This document shows positions 63,854-64,000 of a stretch of 64,000 bases of DNA, in pieces. The notes beneath the pieces are model-generated. The model made no database searches, was not told the origin of the DNA, and worked only from the letters and a program-made list of their open reading frames with translations. The position numbers were made by a program, and so were the translations under genes. The stretch's first letter is position 1. Each line of letters starts with the position of its first letter. This stretch comes from Candidatus Poriferihabitaceae bacterium (GTDB lineage Bacteria; Pseudomonadota; Gammaproteobacteria; Arenicellales; Poriferihabitantaceae). The stretch is taken from contig OZ241878.1 of NCBI GenBank assembly GCA_965203365.1, positions 3,398,487 to 3,462,486 of the forward strand, written 5' to 3'.

Positions 63854-64000
63854 TGCGGAGCCTGCAAGTGGCCCGCTATCGCTTTCACTGGCGTATCAAA
63901 ACTTCACTGCAACTACCAACATATGCTGGCTCGACCCTGCGTGGAGTATTTGGCAGGGCTCTTCGAAAACTGGCCTGTCTAACACAGGCCAGTGAATGTC
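63850..64000 (+). CDS. cas6: Cas6-like RAMP endoribonuclease (DUF2276/PF10040-type), 3'-truncated by the window edge
   Basis: MMRSLQVARYRFHWRIKTSLQLPTYAGSTLRGVFGRALRKLAC matches the N-terminal pattern (LP.Y.GS.LRG.FG.AL...C) of that Cas6 family as I recall it. It has an ATGA overlap with the previous gene. Only 50 codons are visible. Confidence 0.55.
   Translation, partial: MMRSLQVARYRFHWRIKTSLQLPTYAGSTLRGVFGRALRKLACLTQASEC

Overview
This looks like a high-GC gammaproteobacterial chromosome segment, judged from synteny: lon-hupB-tRNA-ppiD, ybbA-ybbP next to tesA, surE-pcm-nlpD, and anmK-M23 peptidase-tyrS-rrn. Most of the window is core housekeeping genes plus one complete rRNA operon (16S, tRNA-Ile, tRNA-Ala, 23S, 5S). 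The main item is a visibly lower-GC island running from about 53.3 kb to the window end. It encodes a complete type III-B (Cmr) CRISPR-Cas effector module, cmr1-cas10-cmr3-cmr4-cmr5-cmr6. The module sits between two different CARF-type cyclic-oligoadenylate sensors: an NE0113-family protein with an extra C-terminal domain, and a Can2/Card1-like CARF plus PD-(D/E)xK nuclease. A Cas6-like gene follows and is cut by the window edge. No CRISPR array and no cas1/cas2 lie inside the window. Other accessory content:
- an intact IS1634-family insertion sequence (10.56-12.65 kb) and a decayed, divergent relative (48.45-50.43 kb);
- possible decayed mobile-element scraps around nnrS;
- a cluster of four consensus DnaA boxes beside an AT-rich tract upstream of priA;
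- an orphan RTX-repeat protein with near-perfect 75-bp tandem repeats;
- two long poly-G tracts (G15 and G18);
- a P-loop ATPase with ankyrin-like repeats beside the island.
All calls rest on reading the ORF translations and DNA by eye and recalling family motifs. No database search, HMM, alignment or GC computation was possible, so family names and boundaries need checking.
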